DNA of 46,580 bases, counting the filler, from Jimgerdemannia flammicorona (lineage: Eukaryota), in the NCBI GenBank assembly GCA_003990765.1. It is 2 parts of 2 records of this genome, joined end to end, with 100 filler letters (N's around TTAATTAATTAA, not from the genome) between each part and the next. Parts side by side here need not be neighbours in the genome. Positions count along the whole stretch, not along the records: positions 23,341 to 46,580 come from RBNJ01001133.1; 1 more part is not named here. One strand, written 5' to 3'. Below the pieces are notes generated by a model. That model had not been told where the DNA came from, did not search any database, and was given only the letters and a program-made list of their open reading frames with translations. Positions 24,897 to 37,279 of the stretch are shown in pieces; the first letter of the stretch is position 1, and every line of letters starts with the position of its first letter. Made by a program: the position numbers and the translations under genes.

Positions 24897-25994
24897 ATGA
24901 CTACTGAGATCTATACCCATATCCACGCTGACATTTGGAATGCCATTATCAATAGAGCCACACCCCCTCTGCCCCTCATGAATATCTATAGTCTAGCACC
25001 CCTCTACTTCGTGGAAGCCCAATGGAATGCTCTGAACATGCTTAGTGAGGCCTACCGAATTGGACAAATCTCAAGCTACTACTAGATCAGCCACCTCCTG
25101 AAAGACATAATCGAGCACCACCATGATACAGACATTACCCAGATGTCCCAACACCAGAAGCTCATTGCCCGCAAATATCAAGAACTCTTCTATGAGTATA
25201 GTACCATTATTTTCTATCTCCAAGTTACCACCAGTGAAATGGTCGCTACCCTATCCTATGGCCAAATTGATGACATGATACAAGAACTCAACCACAAGTA
25301 TCTCGAGTATGTTAAAACTACAGACAGAATCTTCCCACACCCCAATGATTATATCCTGCAAATGCTCTAAGTTGGATATGCCATGAAGGACATCTATGAT
25401 ATAATCCACTTTGATGAAGATGAAGCAGAAGACAATGATCCCTCTGACACCGACATGATCTCTAGCCAAGGATCTCTGCCAACCCTGATCACACTGCCAA
25501 CCTTGCCAATGAACTTACAACAATTCATAACAGCCTACAAGACTTATTAGGACAATGACCACTAGCACGAATGCCAACCTACATTTACCCCCAATTACTT
25601 CAACTACAATGAAGAGACTGGAGAACACAACCTGTACCTCCAGACAACCCTTGAGATTGAACCAACCACTTTACCACCCAAGTACAAGCGACATAAATTA
25701 TAGCCACCAGCTTACTACAACCCTGTGACTCATAGTACCATAACCTATAGAAGGTATACAGATAGTGAAACCAATAAAAGTGAAGATAATACACCCCTCC
25801 TTTGCTCACTAATACCTTACCCAGCATACGAGACTGATGATGCTATCTTGTGGAATAGAGATAAAGTTCCAATGTATTATTACCTCAGCAAACAAGGAGA
25901 AGTAATCCATGAACCACTTTTCCTGGATGACTACTTTATCAGAGATGATGCAATTGATAGTGATGTCATTGAGGACTACCCAGATAGTGCCTAA
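24897..25994 (+). pseudogene. LTR(U3)-encoded 365-aa protein, B2 copy
   Basis: 1098 bp ATG-to-stop, MTTEIY...DYPDSA*; interrupted only by transition-type stops. Confidence 0.85.
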
Positions 25995-28686
25995 ACCATA
26001 AATAGCCTAGCAGTCATAGTATAGTTAGATTAGCCTTATATGATGTGACTGTAAACTGACTCAATCTCTTGACATATCAGATCACACTTGTACTACATGA
26101 CTGCATTCTAACTCAGCAAAGCACTTAGTACTACATCTATATCTAGCATAGTCCAGATAGCCCCTCACTAGTATAAATACCCCTTCTCCCAGACCTCAGA
26201 ATCTCAGACTCAAATGTACAAGAACATTCCTAAACACTTCTCTACAATATCCCTTTACACAACAACTCCTAGTATAGCAATATCATGAATAGCGAATAAA
26301 CCTATTTAATAACCCATAAACCACTCTTAAGTAAATCTGCTCCCTGTTAGGTTCCACTCCTAACCCCATCATGAAAATTCCTACTTGGGTATTATCTGCA
26401 GCGATACACCAATTCAACTAAGCTGGTCTTAGTTTCTTGAACTTCTTGAAATATGGAAAACCCTGAACATCCAGAACTAGTCCGAAAAAAGGACTTTAGT
26501 TGAGACGTCAACCTGATCTTGAAATCAATAAGCGTAGAGGATATACTCCATACAAAATTGATCTTGACTATAAGAAAACAGTCTTCCAGAATATCTAGAA
26601 CTTCCAGAAAACCCTTCCAGAACTACATAATGGTTACCTTAAATAGCAATCCTCTTACAACTTGATAGCAGTGGTTTACAATCCAATTCTGCTTCAAGAT
26701 GCTTCCTCACCCCGCTACAAACCCCTCTGCGAATTCCTACAAGTTGGTATAAAGCCCAACCTCTGAACTGGAATTTATCCAAACCATCTGACAATCTGGA
26801 GAGAATTGAACCTGATGTACAAGGACAATTTGACCTCCACACCTGCAACAAATAGGATAAACTTTATTCAAAGAAAGAAGTACTCCGGTTAAACCAGCAA
26901 ATAGGTGAAACCCTATTCACTGAACTCCTTGCACTACATCCAGCAAGTCAAGATGAAGAAGGTCTTATTGAAGCCTTCTTTACTCTTCTCAACAAGAGTT
27001 TTGTCAGCTCCACAAATCTGAGCGATCTAGAACAACCAGCAGCAGTCTTTCTAGCCTTAGTTCCTCATGAAGCCCAAGCCTCTGTAGCCAAGTGGCTCAA
27101 CTCTACTGACTTTCACTGTACCAGGACCAAGACCACATTATACTATCGATTCCAGAATAGCAAGGCCTACCATATTCTTAAAAAAGAAGCAAGAGAAACC
27201 CTTCATTAACTACCTGACCCCAAACCTGAAACAGACCCTGCTACAGCCCTACCTGAATCTGAAACCAATACTGAACCTGAACTTGACTTTGAATTAAGTC
27301 CATCTGAAATCAGATATACAACTGATTCTGTCTACTTTGACGCTGAGCAAACCCAATTATATGGGGACCAAACTGAAGAAGAGGAGGAGTATCTTAGTGA
27401 ATTCGATCCCAGATATACCACTGAAGGAGAAGTACCTCCATCAGGACAGAATACACCTATACAGCAACAAATAGTTATCTATCAAGCCCTCACTCCAGAC
27501 CCACAACTACTACTCCAGCAACTTACATAGACCCAAAGAACCCCATCACACTCTGCACCAGTACCTCAAATAGTACCAGTAATACCACTATCAGTAGTCC
27601 AATTACCTCCAGTAAACAATATAGCGAACCAACAGATTCTAGACCTCACAGCCCAGGTAGCTATAATGGCAGCAACCATTACTGCCTTAGCTGAACAGAC
27701 CTGACCTACCAAAAATCTGAGCCTACCTACCTTCAATGGTACTGCACAAGAAGTCCAAAGCTTTATTAGTATAGTTGACACTAACTTCAAAGCCAATCAA
27801 TAGACTAATGAGTGAGTTGCTGACCGTGTTCTGACAAACAATCAAGACCACACTCTGGAACAACTCTTTGCTACCACTACAGCCTATGTTCGCTGAGTTG
27901 TTACATTCTTCCAAGAACCTGCCAAAGAATAGTGGCAAATCCTTCCTGAAAAACCCCTCACATGGGATACCTGATCTGCAGTAGTTGCTCAGAATGTAGC
28001 AAACAATGCCTGTAAGAGAGTTACTATTTAGGGTAACTGTTACATAGTTCTGGAAAGGTTTTCTGGATATTCTAGATGTTCTGGAAGACTGTTTTCTTAT
28101 GGTCAAGATCAATTTCATATGGAGTATGTCCTCTATACTTATTGATTTCAAGATTGGGTTGATGTCTCAACCAAAGTCCTTTTTCAGACTAGTTCTGGAT
28201 GTTCAGGATTTTCCGTATTTCAGGAAGTTCAAGAAACTAAGACTAGCTTAGTTGAATTGGTGTATCACTGCAGACAATACCCAATTAGGAAATTTCGTGA
28301 TGGGGTTAGAAGTAGGACCTAACAGAGAGTGGATTTACTTAAGAGTAGTTTGTGGGTTATGGAATAGGTTTATTTGCTATTCATGATATTGCTATACTAG
28401 GAGTATTTGTATGAAGGGATATTGTGGGGAAGTATTCAGGAATGTTCTTGTGTGTTTGAGTCTGAGATTCTGAGGTCTGGGGGAGGGGGTATTTATACTA
28501 GTGAGGGGCTATCTGGACTATGCTAGATATAGATGTAGCACTAAGTACTTTGATGAGTCGGAATGCAGTCATGTAGTACAAGTGTGATCTGGTATGTCAA
28601 GAGATCGTTGGACTGCTGAGTCAGTTCACAGTCACGTCATACAATGCTAATCTAACTATACTATAACTGCTAGGCTATTTATGGGT

Positions 28687-29784
28687 TTAGGCACTGTCTG
28701 GGTAGTCTTTGATGACATCACTATCAATGACATCATCTCTGATAAAGTAGTCATCTAGGAAGAGTGGTTCACGGATTGCTTCTCCTTGTTCACTAAGGTA
28801 GTAATACATTGGGACTTCGTCTCCATCCCACAGGATAGCATTGTCTGTCTCATAGACTAGATAAGGTGTTGGTGGACAAAGGATGGGTGTATTGTCTTCA
28901 CTTTCGTCAGATTCACTGTCTGCATACCTTCTATAGGTTACAGCACTATGAGTTGCAGGATTGTAGTAAGCTGGCGGCTGTGGTTCATGTCGCTCATACT
29001 CAGGTGGTAGTGTAGTTGGTTCGATCTCAAGGGTTGTCTGGAGGTACAGGTTGTGTTCTCCAGTCTCTTCATTGTAGTTGAAGTAATTGGGAGTGAATGT
29101 AGGTTGGTATTTGTACCAGTGGTCATTGTCCCAATAAATTTCATATGTGGTTATGAACTGTTGTAGGTTCATTGGCAAGGTTGGTGGAGTAATTAGGGTT
29201 GGCAGAGATCCTTGGCTAGAGGTCATGTCAGCATCAGAGGGATTATTGTCTTCTGCTTCATCTTCATTGAAGTGGATTATATCGTAGATGTCCTTTATGG
29301 CGTATCTGACTTGAGGTATTTGCAGGATATGGTCATCAGGGTGCAGGAAGGTTCTGTCTGTGGTCTGGATGTATTCGAGGTACTTGTGGTTGAGTTCTTA
29401 TATCATATCATCGATTTGGCTATAGGACAGAGTAGCAACCATTTTACTGGTAGTGACTTGGAGACGAGGAATAAAGGTGTTGTACTCATAGAAGAGTTCT
29501 CAATGTTTGCGGGTGATGAGCTTCTGGTGTTGAGACATCTGGGTAATGTCTATATCATAGTGGTGTTCAACCATGTCTTCCAGGAGGCGGCCAATCTGGT
29601 AGTAGCTTGAGATTTGTCTGATTCAGTGGGTCTCGCTAAGCATGTTCAGGGCATTCCATCAGGCTTCTACAAAGTAGAGGGGTGCCAGGCTATGGATATT
29701 CATGAGGGGCAGAGGGGGTGTAGCTCGGTTGACAATGGTATTCCAAATATCAGTGTGGATGCAGTTGTAGATCTCAGTAGTCAT
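28687..29784 (-). pseudogene. LTR(U3)-encoded 365-aa protein, B3 3' LTR copy
   Basis: 1098 bp, same frame throughout; CGA->TGA stop at ~29657. Confidence 0.85.
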
Positions 29785-30519
29785 GTTTGTGTGTTTGGAA
29801 GTTATGGTTGTTGTTTGTTTTGGTTCTCTGATTCGACATGTCTCGGTGCTCAGTATATATGCATTTGGTCCTGATTGGTACATAAGATTCCATTTGTGTA
29901 AATCTTGTGTTCTGTGACTTCGTATTGACTCAGCTTTGTGCACTGTGACTTCGGTTTGACTCAGCTTCGTGATCAAGCAGGTGATTTCCAGATTTGTTCA
30001 GAGGTCGCATGTAATTTCGGTGGCTTGTTCAGAGTGTGACATGTAATTTCGGTGGCTTAGAGGTTGTGCGCTTACAACTCTCCCCTTCTTAGCTTTCGAC
30101 GTCCTCGTTGGGGCCTTCTAATTTGTTCTAGTGTTGTTATACCATTTGGGAGGTCAAAAGTCTGGTAAGGTTCATTTTCTCAGAAAGTGGCATACTTATA
30201 GTACAGTTGCCTAACACGTTGGATTCATATGTTAAAGGGTCGTGTATTCAATACCATATGCCGGAAGTGATTCTGATGTCATTCACTGCTGGAGAATTTT
30301 CTCTAAAGAATCTTCTTAAATATCTATGCCTTGTTTCCCACCAGTGGTACAGGGAGAATAGGCTTACTTTCAGTTTTGCTATTTTTTCAGGGGTTCGGTA
30401 TTCTTGTCTTGTTTTGCTGAGTTCTTGGTTTGGTTCACAATAATTATAATGTTCAGGAGGATAATATATAGTATGTATGAATAGGTGCAGAATATTTGGT
30501 TCTAGTTGTTCAAGGAATC

Positions 30520-30670
30520 ATATTCCTGAACTAGGTCAGTAGCATTCTGGAGATTGGTCTTGAGTTCCCAGATTGCATCGTGGATCAGGTAACTTTTCCA
30601 TTTGACAAGGTACTCCAGATAGTTCTTGTTGCCACATTTGTTGAGGATTTGTTCAACTTCATACTCTTCT
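30520..30670 (-). other. Chromodomain at the integrase C-terminus
   Basis: EYEVEQILNK...EYLVKWKSY...AIWELKTNLQNATDLVQEY. Confidence 0.92.
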
Positions 30671-33600
30671 TGGTTATTAATAATGATAGGTGCAGGTGGT
30701 TTGGTGGTCCGATTTGGAAATAGCTTGTCATCATTGTCATTATATCACTTGAGACGTTGAACATTAAAGACTGGGTGAATCTTAATAGTGTCTGGTAGCG
30801 CTAGTTTGTAGGAGGTTGGAGAGACTTGTGCAATGACTTCAAATGGTCCAATGAACTTGCTGTTCAGCTTAGTAGATGGTCTGTGCTTGAGGTTATCAAC
30901 TCAGTATCCTCTGATATCTAGTAGGACGTTTTCTTCAATATCAAAGGTTTCTTCTCGGCAGTGTTGGTTAACATACTGTGACTGTTGTTCTTGAGCTCGT
31001 GATAAATTCTTAATTGCGATCTGACCTAGATTGTGCATTCGGAGTAGGAATTCTTCAACAGCTTCGACTGTGGAGGGTTTATCGGTAGTTTGGATAAGTG
31101 TCAAAGGGGTGTTCAGGTTTTGTCCAGTATTGGCGAAGAATGGGGTCATTCCAAGAGAGGCTTACTTGCTATTGTTGTAGGCAAACTCAACTGCAGTGAG
31201 GTGTTCATGCCAGTCATCTTATCTGTAAGAAACATAGTTCCTTAGCATTTGTTCCAGAGTTCGGTTCATTCTTTCAGTTTGGCCATCAGTTTCTGAGTGA
31301 AAGGCTGTGGATAGTGCAAGTTTTGTTCCAAGGTATGCATAGAGGGCTTTCCAAAAGTGGCTGGTGAATTTCGGATCTCAGTCACTAATAATGATCTTAG
31401 GAAGACCATGATAGTGGAAGATGTTGTCAAACAAGAGTATGACTATGTCTGGTGCTGTTGCAGTAGTGGTAGTAGGCACAAAGTGGGCTTGTTTGCTGAG
31501 GTAGTCTACAAAGACAACAATTGCATCTTTCCCATTCTTGGTTCGGGGTAGTTGTACAATGAAGTCTATAGAGATTTGTTCCCAATTTGCAGATGGTACT
31601 GGAATAGGGTGGAGTAAGCCGGGTTTTGCTAATGTTGAGGACTTGTTTCATTGGCAGACATCACAGGAAGTAATGTAGGTTTTGAGCTGATCTGCCATGC
31701 GGGGCCAATAGAAGTTTTGGGAGATAACTTCATAGCATTTGTCAAATCCTAAATGTCCAGCTGTAGGGGCATCATGACATTCAAATAGGATAGTCCTTCA
31801 GAGGTCTTGGTTGTTTGGAACATACAATCTGTTCTTATAGTAGATAGCATTGTCCTTGAGTTGGTATTGATTATACCAGGTATGCTTGTCAGCATCATCA
31901 TTGTTCAGGATTTCTCGGAGTGCTTGAGCTTCTTTATCATCAACATATACTGCAATGATTTGTTCTATGATAGTGTTGGTAACCAAGGTCAGAGTTTGGA
32001 TAACCTCTTCGATTGATGGTCTGGAGATTGCATCAGCAACAATATTTTCCTTGCCAGAGCGGTACTGGATTTTACATATAGTCAAAGTTGGTAAGAACTT
32101 TCATCCATCTGGCTTGCTTTCGGGAAAGGATAGCCTGTGTCTTGATGTTGACTAATGACTTGTGGTCAGTCAATACCATGAAGTGTGCTCCTTCTAGGTA
32201 TGGTTGCCATTTGATCAGAGTGTCTATGATGGCTAGCATTTCCTTCTCGTGAGTTGTATAGTTGATTTCGGTATCATTGAACTTGCGGGAGTGATAGGCC
32301 ACAGGGTGTCCTTCTTGCATGAGTACTGCTCCAAGAGCTAGGTCAGAGGCATCAGTAGTGACTTTATATGGTAGGGCAGAGTTTGCTGCTTGAAGTACTG
32401 GAGTGGTTATCAAGGCATCCTTCAGTGCTTGAAAGGCGGTATCTTGTTCATATCCCCAATTTACAAGATTGTTGAAGTCTTTCTCTTATTTCATGGTCCA
32501 AGGTTGTTCTTGTTTCTTGCTGTGCTTGGTCATTTGGGTGAGGGCAGTAGCGATTTTAGCAAAGTTGGCAACGAATTGCCTGTAATAGTTTGCTAATCCT
32601 AGGAATGACTGGAGGTCTTTCAGCTTCTTGGGTCTGGACCAATCCTTGATTGCAGAGATTTTGCTGGGGTCCACTTTGATTCCATTTGGTGTGACAATGT
32701 GTCCAAGGAATTGAATTTCTTTCAGAAGGAATTCACACTTGCTGAGTTTTGCAAAGAGTCGGTTTTCTCGGAGTTTCAGTAGTACTAGTTCAAGGTGTTC
32801 AAGATATTCCTCCAGGGTTTTACTAAAGACTAGGATGTCGTCAATGTAGACAACAATGAATTTGTCTAGGTATGGATGCAGAATGGTATTCATCAGTATC
32901 TGGAAGGTTGCTGGAGCATTAGTTAAGCCAAAAGGCATAACCAGGAACTCGAAGTATCTATAGCGAGTTCAGAAAGCTGTCTTGTAGATTATCTTCTTCT
33001 TTCATGGCAATTTGCCAGTAACCATTTCACAGGTCAAAAGAGCTCATGAATTGTGGGTTGGTAAGTCTATCGAATATTTCATCGATCCTTGGTAGTGGGC
33101 AACAGTTCTTGATGGTCTGTTCATTGAGATTGCAGTAGTCAATGCACATTCATAGGTCTCCTCCTTTCTTGACAACGAAGAGGACTGGTGCACCATAGGG
33201 GGATATGCTGGGTCTGATGAATCCTTGTTCTAAGAGTTCGTTGATTTCCTTCTTGAGTGCATCAATTTCTCTCGGAGACATGTGGTAGGTTGACTTGAAG
33301 GCTGGTTTGGCATCTGGGATAGTCTTGATGGCATGATCTACTGCTCGTTTGGGGGGTAGGCCTTTCAGGAGCTTCCTTGGGAATATGTCTCGGAATTTCT
33401 GGAGTAGTGGTCTGACACGGCTGTCAACTTTGGAAAAATCTTCTTCAGAGTTCTCAGGTTCTCCTTTGGATGGTCGGATGGAGATGGCGAAGAGAGGGCA
33501 TTTCTTGGCCAATTTCTTGAGTTGTAGCTTGTTGATGTAGGTGATCTTTGGTCCAGGGTCACTAGAGTTGAGTAGGTCCTTTTCACCTTGTAGTTTGAAG

Positions 33601-34166
33601 TTGTGGCATCCTTTCTTGATGGTCAGAGAGTGGTTTACCCAATCAATCATGGAGTTCTCTTGTTTCAACCATGGAGTTCCAAGGATGATTTCATTGTCAG
33701 GAAGTGATACGATTTGGAGGGTAACATGTACTCGGTAGTCACTAATTCAGAAGGGTAGATTGCAGACTTCTTTGCTAATAACATGTGAGGTTCCATCAGC
33801 TGTAGCAACTGCTTGAGTTTGTTGTACTGGAGAGGTGAAGACCTTGAGTCTGTTGGTTGTTTCTTCATTGATGAAGTTGCCTGAAGTGCCACTGTCTATC
33901 ATAATCTTGACAGGTGCTCCGTTGACAAAAGCTTTAAGGGTGAGCAGTTTGTCCGATCCAATTGTGGTGATTTCAGTTGTAGGAGCCTTTCTTCTGTTGG
34001 TTCTTCTTTGAGCCAGTTCATTGATACAAGAGAAGCAATCATCAATCATTCGGGAAGAGTACATTCCAATACCATAAGGGCATCGGCCACTTAGTACATA
34101 TCCATCTTCTATCTTCTTGTAGAATTGTTCTTCTTTGCTCATAGTAGGTTGGGCTGGGGCCTTGTT

Positions 34167-34574
34167 TGATGAGCCAAATCCTTTGGATCCTCGGATGGTG
34201 GGCAGTAGTTCAGGGACTTCCTTGACTATCAGGGTTGACTCGATTTTTTCGAATAGGATCTGCGCGATGCAGAAACCAATAGGGATTTTGAAGGGTGTCC
34301 AACTGTGGTTTCGGATGAGGACAATGATTTTGCCTGTATAATCTTCATCAATGACTTCTCCTTCTACTGAGAGTCCTTTCAGTGCTAGGCTGCTGTGACA
34401 GCATATTCTTCCAACATGTCCTTCAGGGATTTGAATACTGATTCCTGTATAGACTTGTTTGACTTCTTGGTTAGAAACTGTAGCTTCTTCAGCTGCATAC
34501 AGGTCATATCCAGCTGCTTTTTGACTTCCTTTGGTTGGGGCCTTAGTAGTTTGTCTTAGCTTGACAAAGTCTAG
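34167..34574 (-). pseudogene. Trimeric dUTPase domain in the B3 polyprotein
   Basis: KGSQKAAGYDLY, HSSLA, EVIDEDYTG, IAQ, RGSKGFGSS. Confidence 0.95.
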
Positions 34575-37279
34575 TGTTCTGGTGGTCAGGTTGTTGAGGT
34601 GGTGCAGAGTTGTAACAGTTGCTCATATTGCTGTTCAGGGTTTTTGGTTGGGGCAGGCACTGGCTATGTGTCCTGTCTTTCGGCAATAGAAGCATGCTCT
34701 GCTTCTTTGAAGTTTGTTCCTTTCACCTTTAGTAAGTTTCTTGAAGGTACTTGGCTGGGTGGGTTCAGGATTTCTGGGTGTCCAAGAGGTGAATGTGGAG
34801 GGAGCTCGGGATGCTTCATGCTTGGGTTCTTCTTTCTTGGTCCAAGTCTTTTCCTTATTGTTGAATTGCCTTCGGGGCAGAATTGGTCCAGCTGTTAGGA
34901 TTCGCTTGACCATAGTCTTGATTCTTACCAGGCACCATTGTTGGTGATCACAACCAACTGGGCAGCCTTGTTCTCTGATTTTTCTAGTAAGCCATTCAGG
35001 CAGTGCATCGAATAAATGGTCTGCTCTTGTACCATTTCGTGCTTCATCATTGGCGATATATCCTAGGCCAACAGTGTTCAGGAGTGACTCGAGTTTTGTA
35101 CAGAAAGTTTCAAATTCTTCCTTGCCATGTATATCAAATTTGAGGTTGCAGAGTTTTACTCGAGATTCGGCAATCATGGTTTCACTGCGGTATTGAGCAA
35201 TCATGAGTTGTTTGAGTCCAGGGGCTGCAGGATGGGCTCCATATCCTGGGGCATTGTTTGCTGTATTCTGAGCAACTACTGCAGGTCAGGTATCCCATAT
35301 GAGGGGTTTTTCAGGAAGGGTTCACCACCATTCTTTGGCAGGTCCTCGGAAGAATGTAACAACTCGGCAGACATAGGCTGTAGTTGTAGCAAAGAGTTGT
35401 TCCAGGGTATGGTCTTGATTGTTTGTCAGAATGTGGTCAGCAACTCGCTCATTGGTCCATTGATTGGCTTCAAAGTTGGTGTCAACTATACTAATGAAGC
35501 TTTGGACTTCTTGTGCAGTACCATTGAAGGTAGGTAGGCTCAGATTTTTGGTAGGTCAGGTCTGTTCAGCTAAGGCAGTAATGGTTGCTGCCATTATAGC
35601 TACTTGGGCTGTGAGGTCCAGAATCTGTTGGTTCGCCATGTTGATTGCTGGAGGCGGTTGGACTGCTGGTAGTGGTGTTACTGGTACTACTTGAGGTACT
35701 GGTGCAGAGTGTGATGGGGTTCTTTGGGTCTGTTTAAGTTGCTGGAGTAGTAGTTGTAGATCTGGAGTGAGGGCTTGATAGATAGCTGTTTGTTGCTGTG
35801 TAGGTGTATTCTGTCCTGATGGATGTGTGTCTCCTTCAGTGGTGTATCCGGGATCGAATTCAGTGAGATACTCCTCCTCTTCTTCAGTTTGGTCCCCATG
35901 TAATTGGGTTTGCTCGGCGTCAAAATAGACAGAATCAGTTGTATATCTGATTTCAGATGGACTTAATTCAAGGTCAAGTTCAGGTTCGGTATTGGTTTCA
36001 GATTCAGGTAGGGCTGTAGCAGGGCCTGCTTCAGGTTCTGGGTCAGGTAGTTGATGAAGGGTTTCTCTTGCTTCTTCCTTAAGAATATGGCGGGCCTTAC
36101 TGTTCTGGAATCGGTAGTATAATGCGGTCTTGGTCCTGGTGCGGTGAAAGTCGGTAGAGTTGAGCCACTTGGCTACAGAAGCTTGGGCTTTGTGAGGAAC
36201 TAAGGCTAGAAAGACTGCTACTGGTTGTCCTAGGTCACTTGGATTTGTAGAGCTGACAAAACTCTTGTTGAGAAGAGTAAAGAAGGCTTCAATAAGACCT
36301 TCTTCATCTTGACTTGCTGAGTGTAGTGCAAGGAGTTCGGTGAATAGGGTTTCACCTATTTGCTGGTTTAACCGGAGTACTTCTTTCTTAGAATGAAGTT
36401 TGTCCCACTTGTTGCAGGTGTGGAGGTCAAATTGTCCTTGTATGTCAGGTTCAATTCTCTCCAGATTGTCAGATGGTTCAGGATAAATTCCAGTTCAGAG
36501 GTTGGGCTTTATACTAACTTGTAGGAATTTGCAGAAGGGTTTGTAGTGGGGTGAGGAAGCGTCTTGAAGCGGAATTGGATTGTAAATCACTGCTACCAAG
36601 TTGTAAGAGGGTTACTTTTTAGAGTGACCATTATGTAGTTCTGGAAGAGTTTTCTGGAAGTTCTGGATATTCTGGAAGACTGTTTTCTTATGGTCAGGAT
36701 CAATTTCATATGAAGTATGTCCTCTACACTTATTGATTTCAAGATTGGGTTGACGTCTCAACCAAAGTCCTTTTTTGGACTAGTTCTGGATGTTTAGGAT
36801 TTTCCATATTTCAGGAAGTTCAAGAAACTAAGACCAGCTTAGTTGAATTGGCGTATCGCTGCAGACAATACCCAATTAGGAAATTTCGTGACAGGGTTAG
36901 GAGTAAGACCTAACAGGGAGCGGATTTACTTAAGAGTGGTTTGTGGGTTATGGAATAGGTTTATTTGCTATTCATGATATTGCTATACTAGGAGTAGTTG
37001 TATGAAGGGATATTGTGGGGAAGTGCTCAGGAGTTGTGTTCAAATTGTTCAAGTCTGAGATTCTGAGGTCTGGGGGAGGGGGTATTTATACTAGTGAGGG
37101 GCTATCTAGACTAGGCTAGATATGGATGTAGCACTAAGTGCTTTGCTGAGTCAGAATGCAGTCACGTAGTATAAGTGTGATCTGACATGTCAAGAGATCG
37201 TCTGACTGCTGAGTCAGTTCACAGTCACATCATACAAGGCTAATCTAACTATACTATGACTACTAGGCTATTTATAGGT

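Larger units (their letters stand above)
24640..28010 (+). mobile_element. Gypsy family B copy B2 (5' LTR + partial gag)
   Basis: LTR 24640-26659 (TGTAAG...CTTACA); PBS remnant TGATAGCAGTGG; gag collinear with B3 until cut by B3 at 28011. Confidence 0.93.
30502..35639 (-). pseudogene. Family B polyprotein gag-dUTPase-PR-RT-RH-IN-chromodomain (disrupted)
   Basis: Gag LSLPTFNG, knuckle CFYCRKTGHIASAC; protease [33 protein letters not shown]; RNase H TTDASD, YTTHEKEMLA; integrase [17 protein letters not shown]; gag and dUTPase in one frame apart from TGA codons. Confidence 0.95.
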
